Positions 1 to 9,568 of a DNA stretch of 59,177 nucleotides are shown here, one piece after another. The notes beneath the pieces were generated by a model. The model searched no databases, was not told where the DNA came from, and was given only the letters and a program-made list of their open reading frames with translations. Each line of letters begins with the position of its first letter. The stretch's first letter is position 1. Source of the stretch: an uncultured virus (IMG/VR IMGVR_UViG_3300009419_000009). Taxonomy: Duplodnaviria > Heunggongvirae > Uroviricota > Caudoviricetes. The stretch lies in IMG/VR virus record IMGVR_UViG_3300009419_000009, positions 62,001-121,177 of that record; one strand, written 5' to 3'. Position numbers and translations under genes: made by a program.

Positions 1-113
1 TTTGGCATTGCTGCCAACATCACGTTACCTACATCGGCAGTCGTGGCCACCCGGACACTTTGTTTCCAATCGGTGTCAGGTATCTGACTATAGCGCGGTC
101 TTGTTAATGCCAT
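1..113 (-). CDS. N-terminus of a putative tail fibre/virion protein (MALTRPRYSQIPDTDWKQSVRVATTADV...), runs off the window
   Basis: ATG at 113 with the frame open to the window edge; late-promoter motif at 135-142; WKQSVRVATT resembles phage fibre N-termini; absent from ORF track. Confidence 0.65.
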   Translation of the reverse strand, partial: MALTRPRYSQIPDTDWKQSVRVATTADVGNVMLAAMP

Positions 114-134
114 GGGAATCTATCTCGTTTGTAC

Positions 135-142
135 TATTTATG
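135..142 (-). promoter_or_regulatory. T4-type late promoter CATAAATA
   Basis: TAAATA core just upstream of ATG 113. Confidence 0.7.
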
Positions 143-169
143 GAAAAGCGTCCAAATGAAAAACAGCCC

Positions 170-197
170 AAAGAAAAAGGCCCTTGCGGGCCTTTCT
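170..197 (-). terminator. Rho-independent terminator
   Basis: AAAGGCCC-GCAA-GGGCCTTT followed by T-rich tail, just after the stop at 214. Confidence 0.9.
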
Positions 198-213
198 CTC
201 GAGTGGCTTTGGA

Positions 214-3200
214 TTAAGCCTGTGATTCAACGTATGTAACTTGAATGTCAACGTTAGCTTGTGAGCCCTGAGCAGGCACAATGTTAAACGCAACAATTTC
301 GTTACCGTTTGGATAGAAGCCAGTTCCTGGAAGAATAGCACCACCAATTTCCTTAACGTTGGTCAAGTCAATGAAGCCAGAGTTCTGAGCTGACACTGGA
401 ATGGAGAACAACTGCTCACCACCCTGTGCATATGGCTGACCGTTGTGCTGGCCGCTTGCACGTGTGTCAAACAACACGTTGTTAACACCATGTAGTGTTG
501 TTGGCTTGTCACTGGCTGGATACACGTTAGCAACGAACTGTGTAAACGATGGTTGGTTGAAACCACCAGTTTGGTTGGTACCACCAATTGAACCACCTAC
601 GTTGAAACGTTGATTCAACGGTGCCCAGTTACATGACAATACGTTGGTTGGATTCAAAATCGCTTGCAACAAGAAGCGTGGCTTCAAGCTGGCTGATGTG
701 TCAGCAACGTTGATGTACATGTTCTGCAACAACATCTGTGCGCGGTTGATAATGTCTTTGGATCCCAAGTCGCCTGTGATAGCGTTTGTAATACTTGGTG
801 CCAAGCGCATCATGAACAGAGTCTGCACTGCTGTTCCAAGCACGTTAACGTTGGCCAGGTTGTATGTGAACTGGTATGAACGGTCCTTGGTAAATCCACC
901 GTCTAGAATAACAGCAGAGCCCCAGTGATTCAAGTCTGGTGAAGCTGTTACACTGAACAAGCGAACTGCAACACCTACTGCATGCTGAACACCCGAACCT
1001 TGTGGCTGCACACCTATACTCAATGAACGATTTTGACCAAGGTTGTAGTTGGAGATAACTGCACTACGTGTTAGAGTACAAATGTTACCGTTGGCTGCAA
1101 ATGGACCTGCGCTGTAGGTAATCAATTCATCTGTGTCAGTTCCAAATCCAGAAACAAGTACTGTTGCTGGGTAGGTCACGTTGGCTGTTGGGAATCCAAC
1201 AATGCTGGCTAGGTTGATGTTGCCTGTTTCGTTTGGTGCCAGGCCAAGATTCAAACGTGTGTACGCTGTGTTATTAGCTGTCTTATAACGAGCTGGCAAG
1301 TTACCAGAACGCATAAAAGCTTCATCGTTTGTGTTGTTGTTTTTGCTACGATGTGCCCAGATCATTTGACCGTCTGTGGCTCTCATGCCCCAGTCAATAA
1401 AACCAGCACCGTACCAGGTGTACTGAATGGCCACCATCTGCATCTTGGTCTTGTCCATTACATAGCCGCTTGGGCCTGTACCGTCCAGTCGATCTTTGTT
1501 GAACTGGTCTTGTGGAATCAAGAACTCGTCAACCACAACCATACGTGCATCTTCTGCGTTTACCACACCACGATATGCTGGTGAAACGTACATGGTGTTT
1601 TGACTTTCAATGCGACTCACAGTGTGACTCATACCGCGGATAACAATTTGATCACCTGCTAGCACTTGATCCTGGAAGCGAGTGAATTGGTTACCGTTCA
1701 CACGATATGTGTTGGTACCAATGTTCACACGGCCTAGAATTTCACGTGTTGAAGTACGACGACCTGCGTAGACCTTTTGACCATCATAGTGCCAGAACAC
1801 ACCGTTTTGGTCATCAAACATACCCACACGCACTTTACCACCGTGCCAGTTGAGCACTGCGAATTTAGGGAATGTGCCATATTGTGGTGTTGTTGCACCC
1901 AATGTAGCTGTGGCTAGAACTGTGAATGAGTTCTGTGACACCACAGTGGCCACACGATAGAATGTGTTGTAACCTGAAGTTGTAACGCCTGTAATCTGAA
2001 CGTTGGCACCAACTTGTAAACCATGGTCTAGTTCTGTAACAATAGTAATTGCACTGCCAACGCTGGTGCCAGCGGCTGCAATGTTGGTCACAGTAAATTG
2101 TGGACACATGCTGATACCAGTTGTGAACATCATGCCTTTACCAGACTGGTAGCGGAAGTATTTCTTGGTTTGACGAGCAACTTCGTAACCAAACGCTGGA
2201 GCATTAACACCAATGTTTGTACCGCCGTCAATTGGACGGTGACGTACCAAGCTGGTTGGGAACATCACAATGTTACCAAACAATGTTGATTGTGTGCCTA
2301 GTGCGGCAACCAATGCGTTTGGTTGTGTGATAGTTGCACCTGGTTTTGCAATAAACGTAAACTGGTTCAAATACGGAACACTGTTAACTGTGAAAATACC
2401 AGAAGCGTGTGTGTTGGCATTTACTGCACCATACATCACTGTTTGTATCAACTGTCCTGGGAACACACCATGTGGCTCGTTTGTGGTCACTGTGATTGAA
2501 CTTGGTGAACCACCGTTGGACACAAAGCTGATGTACTGAATGTTGGCACCAGTAAACACGCCGCCTTTGCGGATTGTCACGTCAGTTTGATTGCTGACTG
2601 GATTCAACTGCTGACCAATTTCACGATTTGGCCATACTTTTGGATAGTAGGCTGCGTAGTGAATGTCATTGATTTGGTTGAAGTAAACACCTTCTACGTT
2701 GGCGTTGTTTAGACCCAAGGTAGAAACATAAGCGTTGGCGTTGCCTGTACCAGCAACTGCGGCACTTAGACCAAATGGGCCTGCGCCTTGTACAGCACTG
2801 GCAATACCGTGTGAGTTGGCGTTGATACCAATGACCGGAACGTTAATGTTACCTGCTACGAACACACCTGCGGCAGTCACAACCAATGATCCTGCAGTAA
2901 TTGAGCTCAATGCTGTGGTACCCAGTGCGCCACGAACAACAGTTTGTGAACCGTTTAGGCCAACTGCTGGAGTTGTAACACGAACAATTTCAATGTTACC
3001 TGTAGCGCCTGTACCAACTGCGGCAGGGCCATTGCCCATGCCAGGACCACGATCGTTGAACATGTTAACACGTACGATAGCAGAACCTGGATTGAACTGT
3101 GGTGCGGCATTGGTGTTCATGAAGCCACGAGTGACTGTTAGTGAGTTTGTGCCTTGATCCACTGAGTCAACGCGAACAATTTCAATGTTGGATGCGTCAG

Positions 3201-4281
3201 CGGCTGTGGCAGTTGGAATCAAACGCTTCAAACGTGCGCCTGCTGAAAGATTAGCGGCTCTTTGGTTTGTGCCAAGCACTTGGCGAACCACTGTCAATGA
3301 ACTTGTGCCGCCACCTGATGTGACGCTCATCAATTCATATTCACCTGGATCAACAGTTTCAACAGCAATAATATCACCGTTGAGCACAGCAGTACCACTA
3401 ATGGCCACTGTGGTAGTACCAGTACTGGTCAGACCAGCTGTGATTGTTGTTGTGTCTGTGGTTGGAATACCAATCAAGGCTGCAACGTCACCTGCGTTCC
3501 ACGATGTGATATCACGTGTCACAGTGAAAGTACGTTGGCTAGGGCCACCGTTGGCAGTAGTAATACTTCTTGCACCTGCTATAACAGCAGAGTTGGCCAA
3601 AGAAGTAGTACCACGTGGTGCTGTTGCGCCTGTGCCTGTGCCTTGGTTGATAACAATTTTGTAATCGCCAGTGAAGTGTATTGGTGCAGTGTTACCACCG
3701 TAACCAGCTGCTGGTGTAAAACCTTGATTCAACAAGGTCATTGATGTTGTGGTTGCGGCAGAAATTGCAGTGGTAAGCAATGTGGCATAACCAAACACGT
3801 TGGCTTGAACGTCTGTACCAGGAACTTCAAAAGTGGTTGGGTAGTTGAACACTGTGGTCCAGCTGGCCCATTTGGTTTGTTGTAGACCGTATTCAAAGTC
3901 AGCGTCAATCAATGATTCTGGCTGAGCAACACGTTGGCGTTCAACCGCATCAATACCAAAGTCATGAGTGCGAACACGCATTTCGGTGGCTTCAACATAG
4001 ATCATCAGCTTGTCATTGGCGCTCATGGCGCTGGTGTCAAGATCCAAAGTCAGTGTTGTTACACCGTTTTGATAGTTAGGGAATGTGGTTGTATCATTCT
4101 CGTTGTACGAGAATGCAAACGCACCGCGAGTGGCGTCGCTGAAGTTGTAGATCACCGTGTTTGTGGTCACGTTTGTGATCATTAGGATGTCTTTTAATTG
4201 ATAAACATCTGGAATTTTCACTGTTCCGGTGTTAGCGGCTCCAGGTGTGAAAATATAGTATTGTATGCTCTTTCTTGCCAT
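214..4281 (-). CDS. Large virion structural protein, probable fibre/appendage (1355 aa)
   Basis: Long G/T/N/A-rich ORF with repeated E.(V/I).V...LTV.RG..GT units and HG(L/V)..G motifs; TATAAATA upstream. Confidence 0.7.
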   Translation of the reverse strand: MARKSIQYYIFTPGAANTGTVKIPDVYQLKDILMITNVTTNTVIYNFSDATRGAFAFSYNENDTTTFPNYQNGVTTLTLDLDTSAMSANDKLMIYVEATEMRVRTHDFGIDAVERQRVAQPESLIDADFEYGLQQTKWASWTTVFNYPTTFEVPGTDVQANVFGYATLLTTAISAATTTSMTLLNQGFTPAAGYGGNTAPIHFTGDYKIVINQGTGTGATAPRGTTSLANSAVIAGARSITTANGGPSQRTFTVTRDITSWNAGDVAALIGIPTTDTTTITAGLTSTGTTTVAISGTAVLNGDIIAVETVDPGEYELMSVTSGGGTSSLTVVRQVLGTNQRAANLSAGARLKRLIPTATAADASNIEIVRVDSVDQGTNSLTVTRGFMNTNAAPQFNPGSAIVRVNMFNDRGPGMGNGPAAVGTGATGNIEIVRVTTPAVGLNGSQTVVRGALGTTALSSITAGSLVVTAAGVFVAGNINVPVIGINANSHGIASAVQGAGPFGLSAAVAGTGNANAYVSTLGLNNANVEGVYFNQINDIHYAAYYPKVWPNREIGQQLNPVSNQTDVTIRKGGVFTGANIQYISFVSNGGSPSSITVTTNEPHGVFPGQLIQTVMYGAVNANTHASGIFTVNSVPYLNQFTFIAKPGATITQPNALVAALGTQSTLFGNIVMFPTSLVRHRPIDGGTNIGVNAPAFGYEVARQTKKYFRYQSGKGMMFTTGISMCPQFTVTNIAAAGTSVGSAITIVTELDHGLQVGANVQITGVTTSGYNTFYRVATVVSQNSFTVLATATLGATTPQYGTFPKFAVLNWHGGKVRVGMFDDQNGVFWHYDGQKVYAGRRTSTREILGRVNIGTNTYRVNGNQFTRFQDQVLAGDQIVIRGMSHTVSRIESQNTMYVSPAYRGVVNAEDARMVVVDEFLIPQDQFNKDRLDGTGPSGYVMDKTKMQMVAIQYTWYGAGFIDWGMRATDGQMIWAHRSKNNNTNDEAFMRSGNLPARYKTANNTAYTRLNLGLAPNETGNINLASIVGFPTANVTYPATVLVSGFGTDTDELITYSAGPFAANGNICTLTRSAVISNYNLGQNRSLSIGVQPQGSGVQHAVGVAVRLFSVTASPDLNHWGSAVILDGGFTKDRSYQFTYNLANVNVLGTAVQTLFMMRLAPSITNAITGDLGSKDIINRAQMLLQNMYINVADTSASLKPRFLLQAILNPTNVLSCNWAPLNQRFNVGGSIGGTNQTGGFNQPSFTQFVANVYPASDKPTTLHGVNNVLFDTRASGQHNGQPYAQGGEQLFSIPVSAQNSGFIDLTNVKEIGGAILPGTGFYPNGNEIVAFNIVPAQGSQANVDIQVTYVESQA

Positions 4282-4313
4282 TTTGGTCTACCTTATGGTT
4301 AATATGCTTCTTT

Positions 4314-4321
4314 TATTTATA
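4314..4321 (-). promoter_or_regulatory. T4-type late promoter TATAAATA
   Basis: Exact T4 late consensus overlapping the stop of the upstream gene. Confidence 0.8.
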
Positions 4322-4688
4322 CACCGAACACAATTCCAATGGAATCCACGTAACTTTTAGGCACAATTGAATTGGCCGTAGTTGAGAAGGTTCCAAGGGT
4401 TGGATTGTTAAAAGTTGCGGCGGTGAAAGTTTCTACACCACTGAAAGTTGCAGTTCCTGCAAAAGTCGTATTGTTTAGTGTAGCACTATTGATCGTAGGG
4501 CTGGTCAGTGTCTTGTTGGTCAGCGTTTGGTTGGCAGTTAGTCCAACCATTTGTTGACCACCTGCCGCGGAGCCGTCATGCACACGCAGTACTTTTAGCG
4601 TGGTGTCAACGGTAACTTCACCGACAGCGCCGGTAAAACTGTTGTTTTGGGTCGTTGTCCCTCTTCGGAACTGTACTTGTGTTGGCAT
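4317..4688 (-). CDS. Small fibre-associated protein with Mtd_N/hyaluronidase-N-like domain (123 aa)
   Basis: QVQFRRGTT..N.SFTGAVGEVTVDTT..VLRVHDG...GG matches the major-tropism-determinant N-terminal motif; AGGAG upstream. Confidence 0.75.
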   Translation of the reverse strand: MPTQVQFRRGTTTQNNSFTGAVGEVTVDTTLKVLRVHDGSAAGGQQMVGLTANQTLTNKTLTSPTINSATLNNTTFAGTATFSGVETFTAATFNNPTLGTFSTTANSIVPKSYVDSIGIVFGV

Positions 4689-4710
4689 TTGTTAACCGAC
4701 TCCTGATTCG

Positions 4711-4718
4711 TATTTATA
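4711..4718 (-). promoter_or_regulatory. T4-type late promoter TATAAATA (second CATAAATA at 4722-4729)
   Basis: Exact consensus in a short intergenic gap. Confidence 0.8.
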
Positions 4719-4724
4719 TGGTAT

Positions 4725-5123
4725 TTATGCGAGCTCGCCTAGATCCACTGTTTCAATTGACCCAATGGGCTCCATGCAATCATAAATGTCTGTTGCGCCG
4801 CCGGCGCTTTCTGCGGTAACAACGCCAAATGCATCTGTTACAGCTATTAAAGTTGCTAGCCCTGCCACTGTTTCGTCAACGGTTGTTGCTACTCCGTCAA
4901 CTGTTGTGGTAGTTTGGGCATAATCTGTTGACCCGCCTTGCACGCCTGGAAAATACAAAGTGGTTGAATTGACAAATCCAGTGCTGGGGGATGTAATTGA
5001 AGTATCTGGGCCACTTTGTGTGTAAACAATATTGCCGCTGGTTCGTATATCGCCGTTTGAGGCAAAGATTGTCAATGGTCCTACCACTAACCCAGTGTCA
5101 ACTACAAATTTACTGTTAGCCAT
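4725..5123 (-). CDS. Hypothetical virion protein (132 aa)
   Basis: ORF with ACAGGA RBS and AATAAATA at 5142-5149. Confidence 0.65.
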   Translation of the reverse strand: MANSKFVVDTGLVVGPLTIFASNGDIRTSGNIVYTQSGPDTSITSPSTGFVNSTTLYFPGVQGGSTDYAQTTTTVDGVATTVDETVAGLATLIAVTDAFGVVTAESAGGATDIYDCMEPIGSIETVDLGELA

Positions 5124-5157
5124 TTTTATTCCTGTCCATCTTATTTATTCATTTAGA

Positions 5158-8100
5158 TCAGAACGGCTCCCATGGTTGGTCATTGCTGATCATGTCTGCA
5201 CGAAGTTTTATTGTGCAGTTGCTGGTAACTGCTGATGTATAATACAAGCTGACATTTCCAGCACTGAGTGCCGCAGTAATTGACCCAAGAGCTGCCGCAT
5301 TGGCAAATGTACTGATCATGTTGTATTGTGTTCTGTATGCATAGGTGCCATTGTGAATTACCATCACATCACTGACTTCATATGCATTAACTGTGTCATT
5401 TTCAACCTGCACAACATATTTTGCACTGCGATATCGTCCAGCATCAAATGTGTGAATCAGTGTTGGTGTGTTGTATGCAACAGGAATTTGTGGTGTTCCA
5501 TTCCACCCAACTGTGCCGTCATGTTTGAACAATATGGTGTTGGCAGTGAGAGTACCGTTGGCTCCGGTGACTAGTACACCTTCGTCAATTGATTGTACAG
5601 TTACCAAACCTTGTGCAGCCGACATACCTGCTGTGACTGACAACGCCAGGTATCTACTGCTAATCACATCGCCCGGAGCAGGTGGCTCAGTGAATGTAAT
5701 CACATTTCCGGTCACACTGTAGGCAGTAACTGGTTGTTGTAGTGTACCGTTAATGGCAATAAATGTGGCGGCTGTGGTTGCTTCACGAGAAGTTGTGAAC
5801 TGTGTTGTTAAGCCGTCACCGCTGAATGTTTCTGCCACAATGGTTGCTGTTTGGCCGCTTTGTGGTTGATACCATTTGCCGCCATCCCAATATTCCATGT
5901 CATTGACAATGGTATTGAAACGCATCATACCAGCACTTGGCGAACCGTATCCTGCAAAGCCTGGACGTTGTGCTTCTGTACCACGTGGTATTAGAATTGC
6001 ATCAGTTGAGTTGATTTGTAACTTTGCACCGGTTACCAGGTTGGCACCAATTGCTGAATTACCAATTATTACTTGATTGTATGCACTTGATGTGCTGGCC
6101 CAGATCAGTGTTGCATCATTGCCACCACGAACATAAAAATCTCTGTTGTGGTTCTGTTGATCGTTAAAACGTGCGCCTTGGCTGACGTTTAGGTTACCAC
6201 CAATTGCTGTGCCACCCTGTACATAGAATGCGCCACTTGAAGTGGTTGTGCTTGCGGTACTGTTGGCAATAGACACTTGACCGTAGAAGGTGGCTTTCTG
6301 ATTGTTGTCCACACGCAGAGCAAGAGTAGTTGACGCTAGGCCATCTGTCTTGGTCCAAAGTTGAGCTTCACCGCCGAGGCCGTTGCTGACAACTGTGGTG
6401 CCTTGTGCCACATGGCGCCAACCAGACAGTTCTCTATATGCACCAGCACTGTATCCGTATGCGCCAACCACACCAGTGAAATCACCGTCTTGTAAGTTGG
6501 CAGGAGCATGGCCTGTGCCACGACTTGATGATGTGGTCCATCCAGGTGCTTGTCCCACAGTGTTTGCAGAGATTGCGCTCTGTGGCAAGTAAGCATCACC
6601 TTGATAGTAGATGTTTAGCGTGTCAGTACCAGTGAAGTCGCCATTGGTACCAATGCTCAGGCTCACAGTAGAAATTGTGTTGCCAGTTGCACGTTGGTAA
6701 TTGAAGTTTTCGTTGTTTTGATCAACTGCTAGATTGCCGCTTGGACTCATGAACAAAATAGAGTTTGCTTCAAATGATCCTAGTAGGAAATCGTATTGTA
6801 CATTGGCAGTGGTGAATGTTGCACCACGTGGAGTACTGTTACCAATGTAGATATTGTTCATATCACCTGGCAGTGTTGGATTCAATACCAAGTTACCAGA
6901 TGGAGAAATGTTACCGCTACCGCTGCCACTGATAGTCAATGTATCAGTGATTGTGACGTTGGTAAAGGTTGCCCTAACTGGCGTACTGCTGCCAATGATC
7001 ATGTTGTCAATGGTGCCAGTGGTTGTTGGGTTAATTGTTACATAACCATTGGCAGTTGGAGCAAATGTAATAATAGCATTTGATCCACTTGCTGTTAGAT
7101 TGTTGTCAACAACAGCGTTGTTGGCAGTTAGTCTGCCTTCAATACCAACTCCGCCCACAACTTGCAAGGCGCCGGTTGTTTGACTTGTGCTGGGATTTAC
7201 ATTGCTGAGTTTCAGCTGACCAAACTGTACGCTGCCATATGTGCCTGTGAACACGTTACCAGCACTTTCAACTGCGGCTTGCAGGTAAACCAAGTTGCTG
7301 GTGGTATTTTGCCAACCCAGGAAGGTACTGCGATCAGCACCTTCATAATAGTGCATGCGCAGGCCACGGTCTTTGCCATCATTGGTTGTTAGTACGCTGG
7401 CATTGGCTAGTCCACCCATTTCAATAACAGGATCAACCACAGTCATGAACGTGGAATTGATTGTGCTTACTGTGCCAATCACATTCAAGTTGCCTGTAAC
7501 TGTTAGGTTGCCACCAATGCGTGTGTTCTTGTAAACACTCAGTCCACCGTCAACAATCAATGCACCTGTGCCAATTGAATCAGTTTCGACTGTGCTGGTG
7601 ATTTCTGTAGAACCTGTGTTGGTGATGTTGATTCTGGCAATGCCTTGACCATCAGCAATGATAATTTGGTTGCTCAACGTGTCAATTGTGCTGCCAGTGT
7701 TACCACCAAGAATCACATTGTTGTTGCCTGTTGATATTTGGCTACCAGCACGATAACCAAAAAATTGATTCTGTAGTGCTGTGCTTTGTAGACTCAAGCC
7801 AGCTTGTGATCCAATGGCAGTTGTGTTTTGTCCAGGACCTGCGGTACCAGTACGATAACCAACCAGGGTTATCTCAGCGCCGTTTGTGTTTGTTGCGGCT
7901 GCTTCGCTACCAATGATAGTAGACTTGGCGCCAAAATTTGTGCCACTGCCAATCTTCTGACCAATAATAACTGAGTCTGTTGATAGGTATGATGTGGCAG
8001 TGTTGCCTGCTAGTACAATAGAAGTTTGAGTTGCTTCAAGAACAGCTCTGCCGCTTGATACACCAATCACTCCACCAACATTTAAGTTGCCACCAATACC

Positions 8101-9474
8101 AGTGCCACCTTGAACAACAAACGCACCAGTGTTGGCAGTTGTGGAATTTACACCGCTGACAACAAATGTGTTGCCAGTGGCATCAATGCGAATACGTGGA
8201 GCACCGCTACCATCTGCCACAACCACTTGATTGTTCAAGTCAGCAATTACATTGCCGTCATACGAGCCAAGGATTACGTTAAATGATCCGCTGGTGATCA
8301 GTCGCCCGGAGTTGTGACCAAAGAATTGATTGTCTGTGCCTGTGACAATGTTGCCAGAGCTTTTACCAACCAAGGTAGAGTTTGCGCCAGGAGCACCTGC
8401 GCCTGCACCCATACCAATGATGGTTGTGTTTTCGCCAATGCTGGTTATGCCTTGTGCGGCGCCCAGTGCTGTTACATTTGCACCAATGCCTATCTTGAGT
8501 TGATCTTTACCAATTACAACGTCATTGGTCTTGTTGCTTTGAACATAAACATTTTTGCTTTCAAAGCTGGCGCTGGTACCAATATTCAAATTGCCGCCAA
8601 TGCCTGCGCCGCCTGATCCAGTCACTACCAGTGCGCCAATGTTTGCACTTGAACTGTTGAGACCGTTGTCTACCAGTACACTGGCATTGCCTGCGGGCAA
8701 CCAGATGCTCTTTTTACGATCTGGCTGTATGTATATGTCGTTGTTGGTTCCACCAAATGTGTGTATCTCTGCGCCAGAGCCTGTACTTGTTTTGACAGCA
8801 AGCGCACCAGCATTGCTGGTATCTGTTATCATCAGACCATAACGTGTGCTTGACTCTTGTGTGATTTGCACAACAGGTATGTTGCCGTTGATTGCAACTG
8901 CACCTGTGTTGGCTCCAAATACTGATCCGCTGCCACCAACCTGCAAATTTTGTGTAAAACTTGCTCCGCCTTTTACCTGCAGAGCACCTGTGTTGGTGTC
9001 AGTTGCTTCGACCACGCTGGAGTCTGTTCCAGCTGTTCTAATTGTGGTATTGCCAATTATCAAATTGGCATAGGCTGTTCTGTTGATTACACCCTGTGTG
9101 GTTCCTGTTTCTGTTGTTAGCAGGCCTTGAAAACTGCCATCTGCTTCGCGCCAGACCCAGGCTGAATTCAGTGGGCCATAATTGGTTGGTGTAACTGGTT
9201 GAAGGTTTCTATCTATTAGAATACCCACATCATAGCTGGGAGTGCCTGCGTATCCATTGTTGAATATCACCAGCGGATCATTGACCAGTGTGTTTGTGCT
9301 GTTGATTGTGTTGGTGTTTCCAGAAACCGTAAGGTTTCCAACAATAGCAATATTAGAATTGATTGTTACATCTGGGTTAAACAAAGACCCAACGATTGTA
9401 CCTGGAGCAATTTTTACGTTAGCAAAAATAGTTGCATCAGTGATCTGATTATTTTTAATCCGCGTTACGGCCAT
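5158..9474 (-). CDS. Long tail-fibre-like protein (1438 aa)
   Basis: Repeated GAL.V.GG.GIGGNLN units, YadA-head-like N..IG..AG repeats, GTEAQRP...MRFNT module, C-terminal YRSAKY domain. Confidence 0.75.
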   Translation of the reverse strand: MAVTRIKNNQITDATIFANVKIAPGTIVGSLFNPDVTINSNIAIVGNLTVSGNTNTINSTNTLVNDPLVIFNNGYAGTPSYDVGILIDRNLQPVTPTNYGPLNSAWVWREADGSFQGLLTTETGTTQGVINRTAYANLIIGNTTIRTAGTDSSVVEATDTNTGALQVKGGASFTQNLQVGGSGSVFGANTGAVAINGNIPVVQITQESSTRYGLMITDTSNAGALAVKTSTGSGAEIHTFGGTNNDIYIQPDRKKSIWLPAGNASVLVDNGLNSSSANIGALVVTGSGGAGIGGNLNIGTSASFESKNVYVQSNKTNDVVIGKDQLKIGIGANVTALGAAQGITSIGENTTIIGMGAGAGAPGANSTLVGKSSGNIVTGTDNQFFGHNSGRLITSGSFNVILGSYDGNVIADLNNQVVVADGSGAPRIRIDATGNTFVVSGVNSTTANTGAFVVQGGTGIGGNLNVGGVIGVSSGRAVLEATQTSIVLAGNTATSYLSTDSVIIGQKIGSGTNFGAKSTIIGSEAAATNTNGAEITLVGYRTGTAGPGQNTTAIGSQAGLSLQSTALQNQFFGYRAGSQISTGNNNVILGGNTGSTIDTLSNQIIIADGQGIARINITNTGSTEITSTVETDSIGTGALIVDGGLSVYKNTRIGGNLTVTGNLNVIGTVSTINSTFMTVVDPVIEMGGLANASVLTTNDGKDRGLRMHYYEGADRSTFLGWQNTTSNLVYLQAAVESAGNVFTGTYGSVQFGQLKLSNVNPSTSQTTGALQVVGGVGIEGRLTANNAVVDNNLTASGSNAIITFAPTANGYVTINPTTTGTIDNMIIGSSTPVRATFTNVTITDTLTISGSGSGNISPSGNLVLNPTLPGDMNNIYIGNSTPRGATFTTANVQYDFLLGSFEANSILFMSPSGNLAVDQNNENFNYQRATGNTISTVSLSIGTNGDFTGTDTLNIYYQGDAYLPQSAISANTVGQAPGWTTSSSRGTGHAPANLQDGDFTGVVGAYGYSAGAYRELSGWRHVAQGTTVVSNGLGGEAQLWTKTDGLASTTLALRVDNNQKATFYGQVSIANSTASTTTSSGAFYVQGGTAIGGNLNVSQGARFNDQQNHNRDFYVRGGNDATLIWASTSSAYNQVIIGNSAIGANLVTGAKLQINSTDAILIPRGTEAQRPGFAGYGSPSAGMMRFNTIVNDMEYWDGGKWYQPQSGQTATIVAETFSGDGLTTQFTTSREATTAATFIAINGTLQQPVTAYSVTGNVITFTEPPAPGDVISSRYLALSVTAGMSAAQGLVTVQSIDEGVLVTGANGTLTANTILFKHDGTVGWNGTPQIPVAYNTPTLIHTFDAGRYRSAKYVVQVENDTVNAYEVSDVMVIHNGTYAYRTQYNMISTFANAAALGSITAALSAGNVSLYYTSAVTSNCTIKLRADMISNDQPWEPF

Positions 9475-9504
9475 TATTCTGGTTCCTAGAGCATCGGTTA
9501 TAGC

Positions 9505-9512
9505 TATTTAGC
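9505..9512 (-). promoter_or_regulatory. Late promoter GCTAAATA
   Basis: TAAATA core upstream of ATG 9474. Confidence 0.65.
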
Positions 9513-9568
9513 AGACCAAATAGCTTTTGATTCTAGCTTGGTTTTGACGCAAAATTTGTAAATTTTGG

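Noticed and set aside
4317..4688. Diversity-generating retroelement suggested by the Mtd_N-like domain
   Set aside because: No reverse transcriptase or template/variable repeat pair seen; the domain is a common fibre N-terminus
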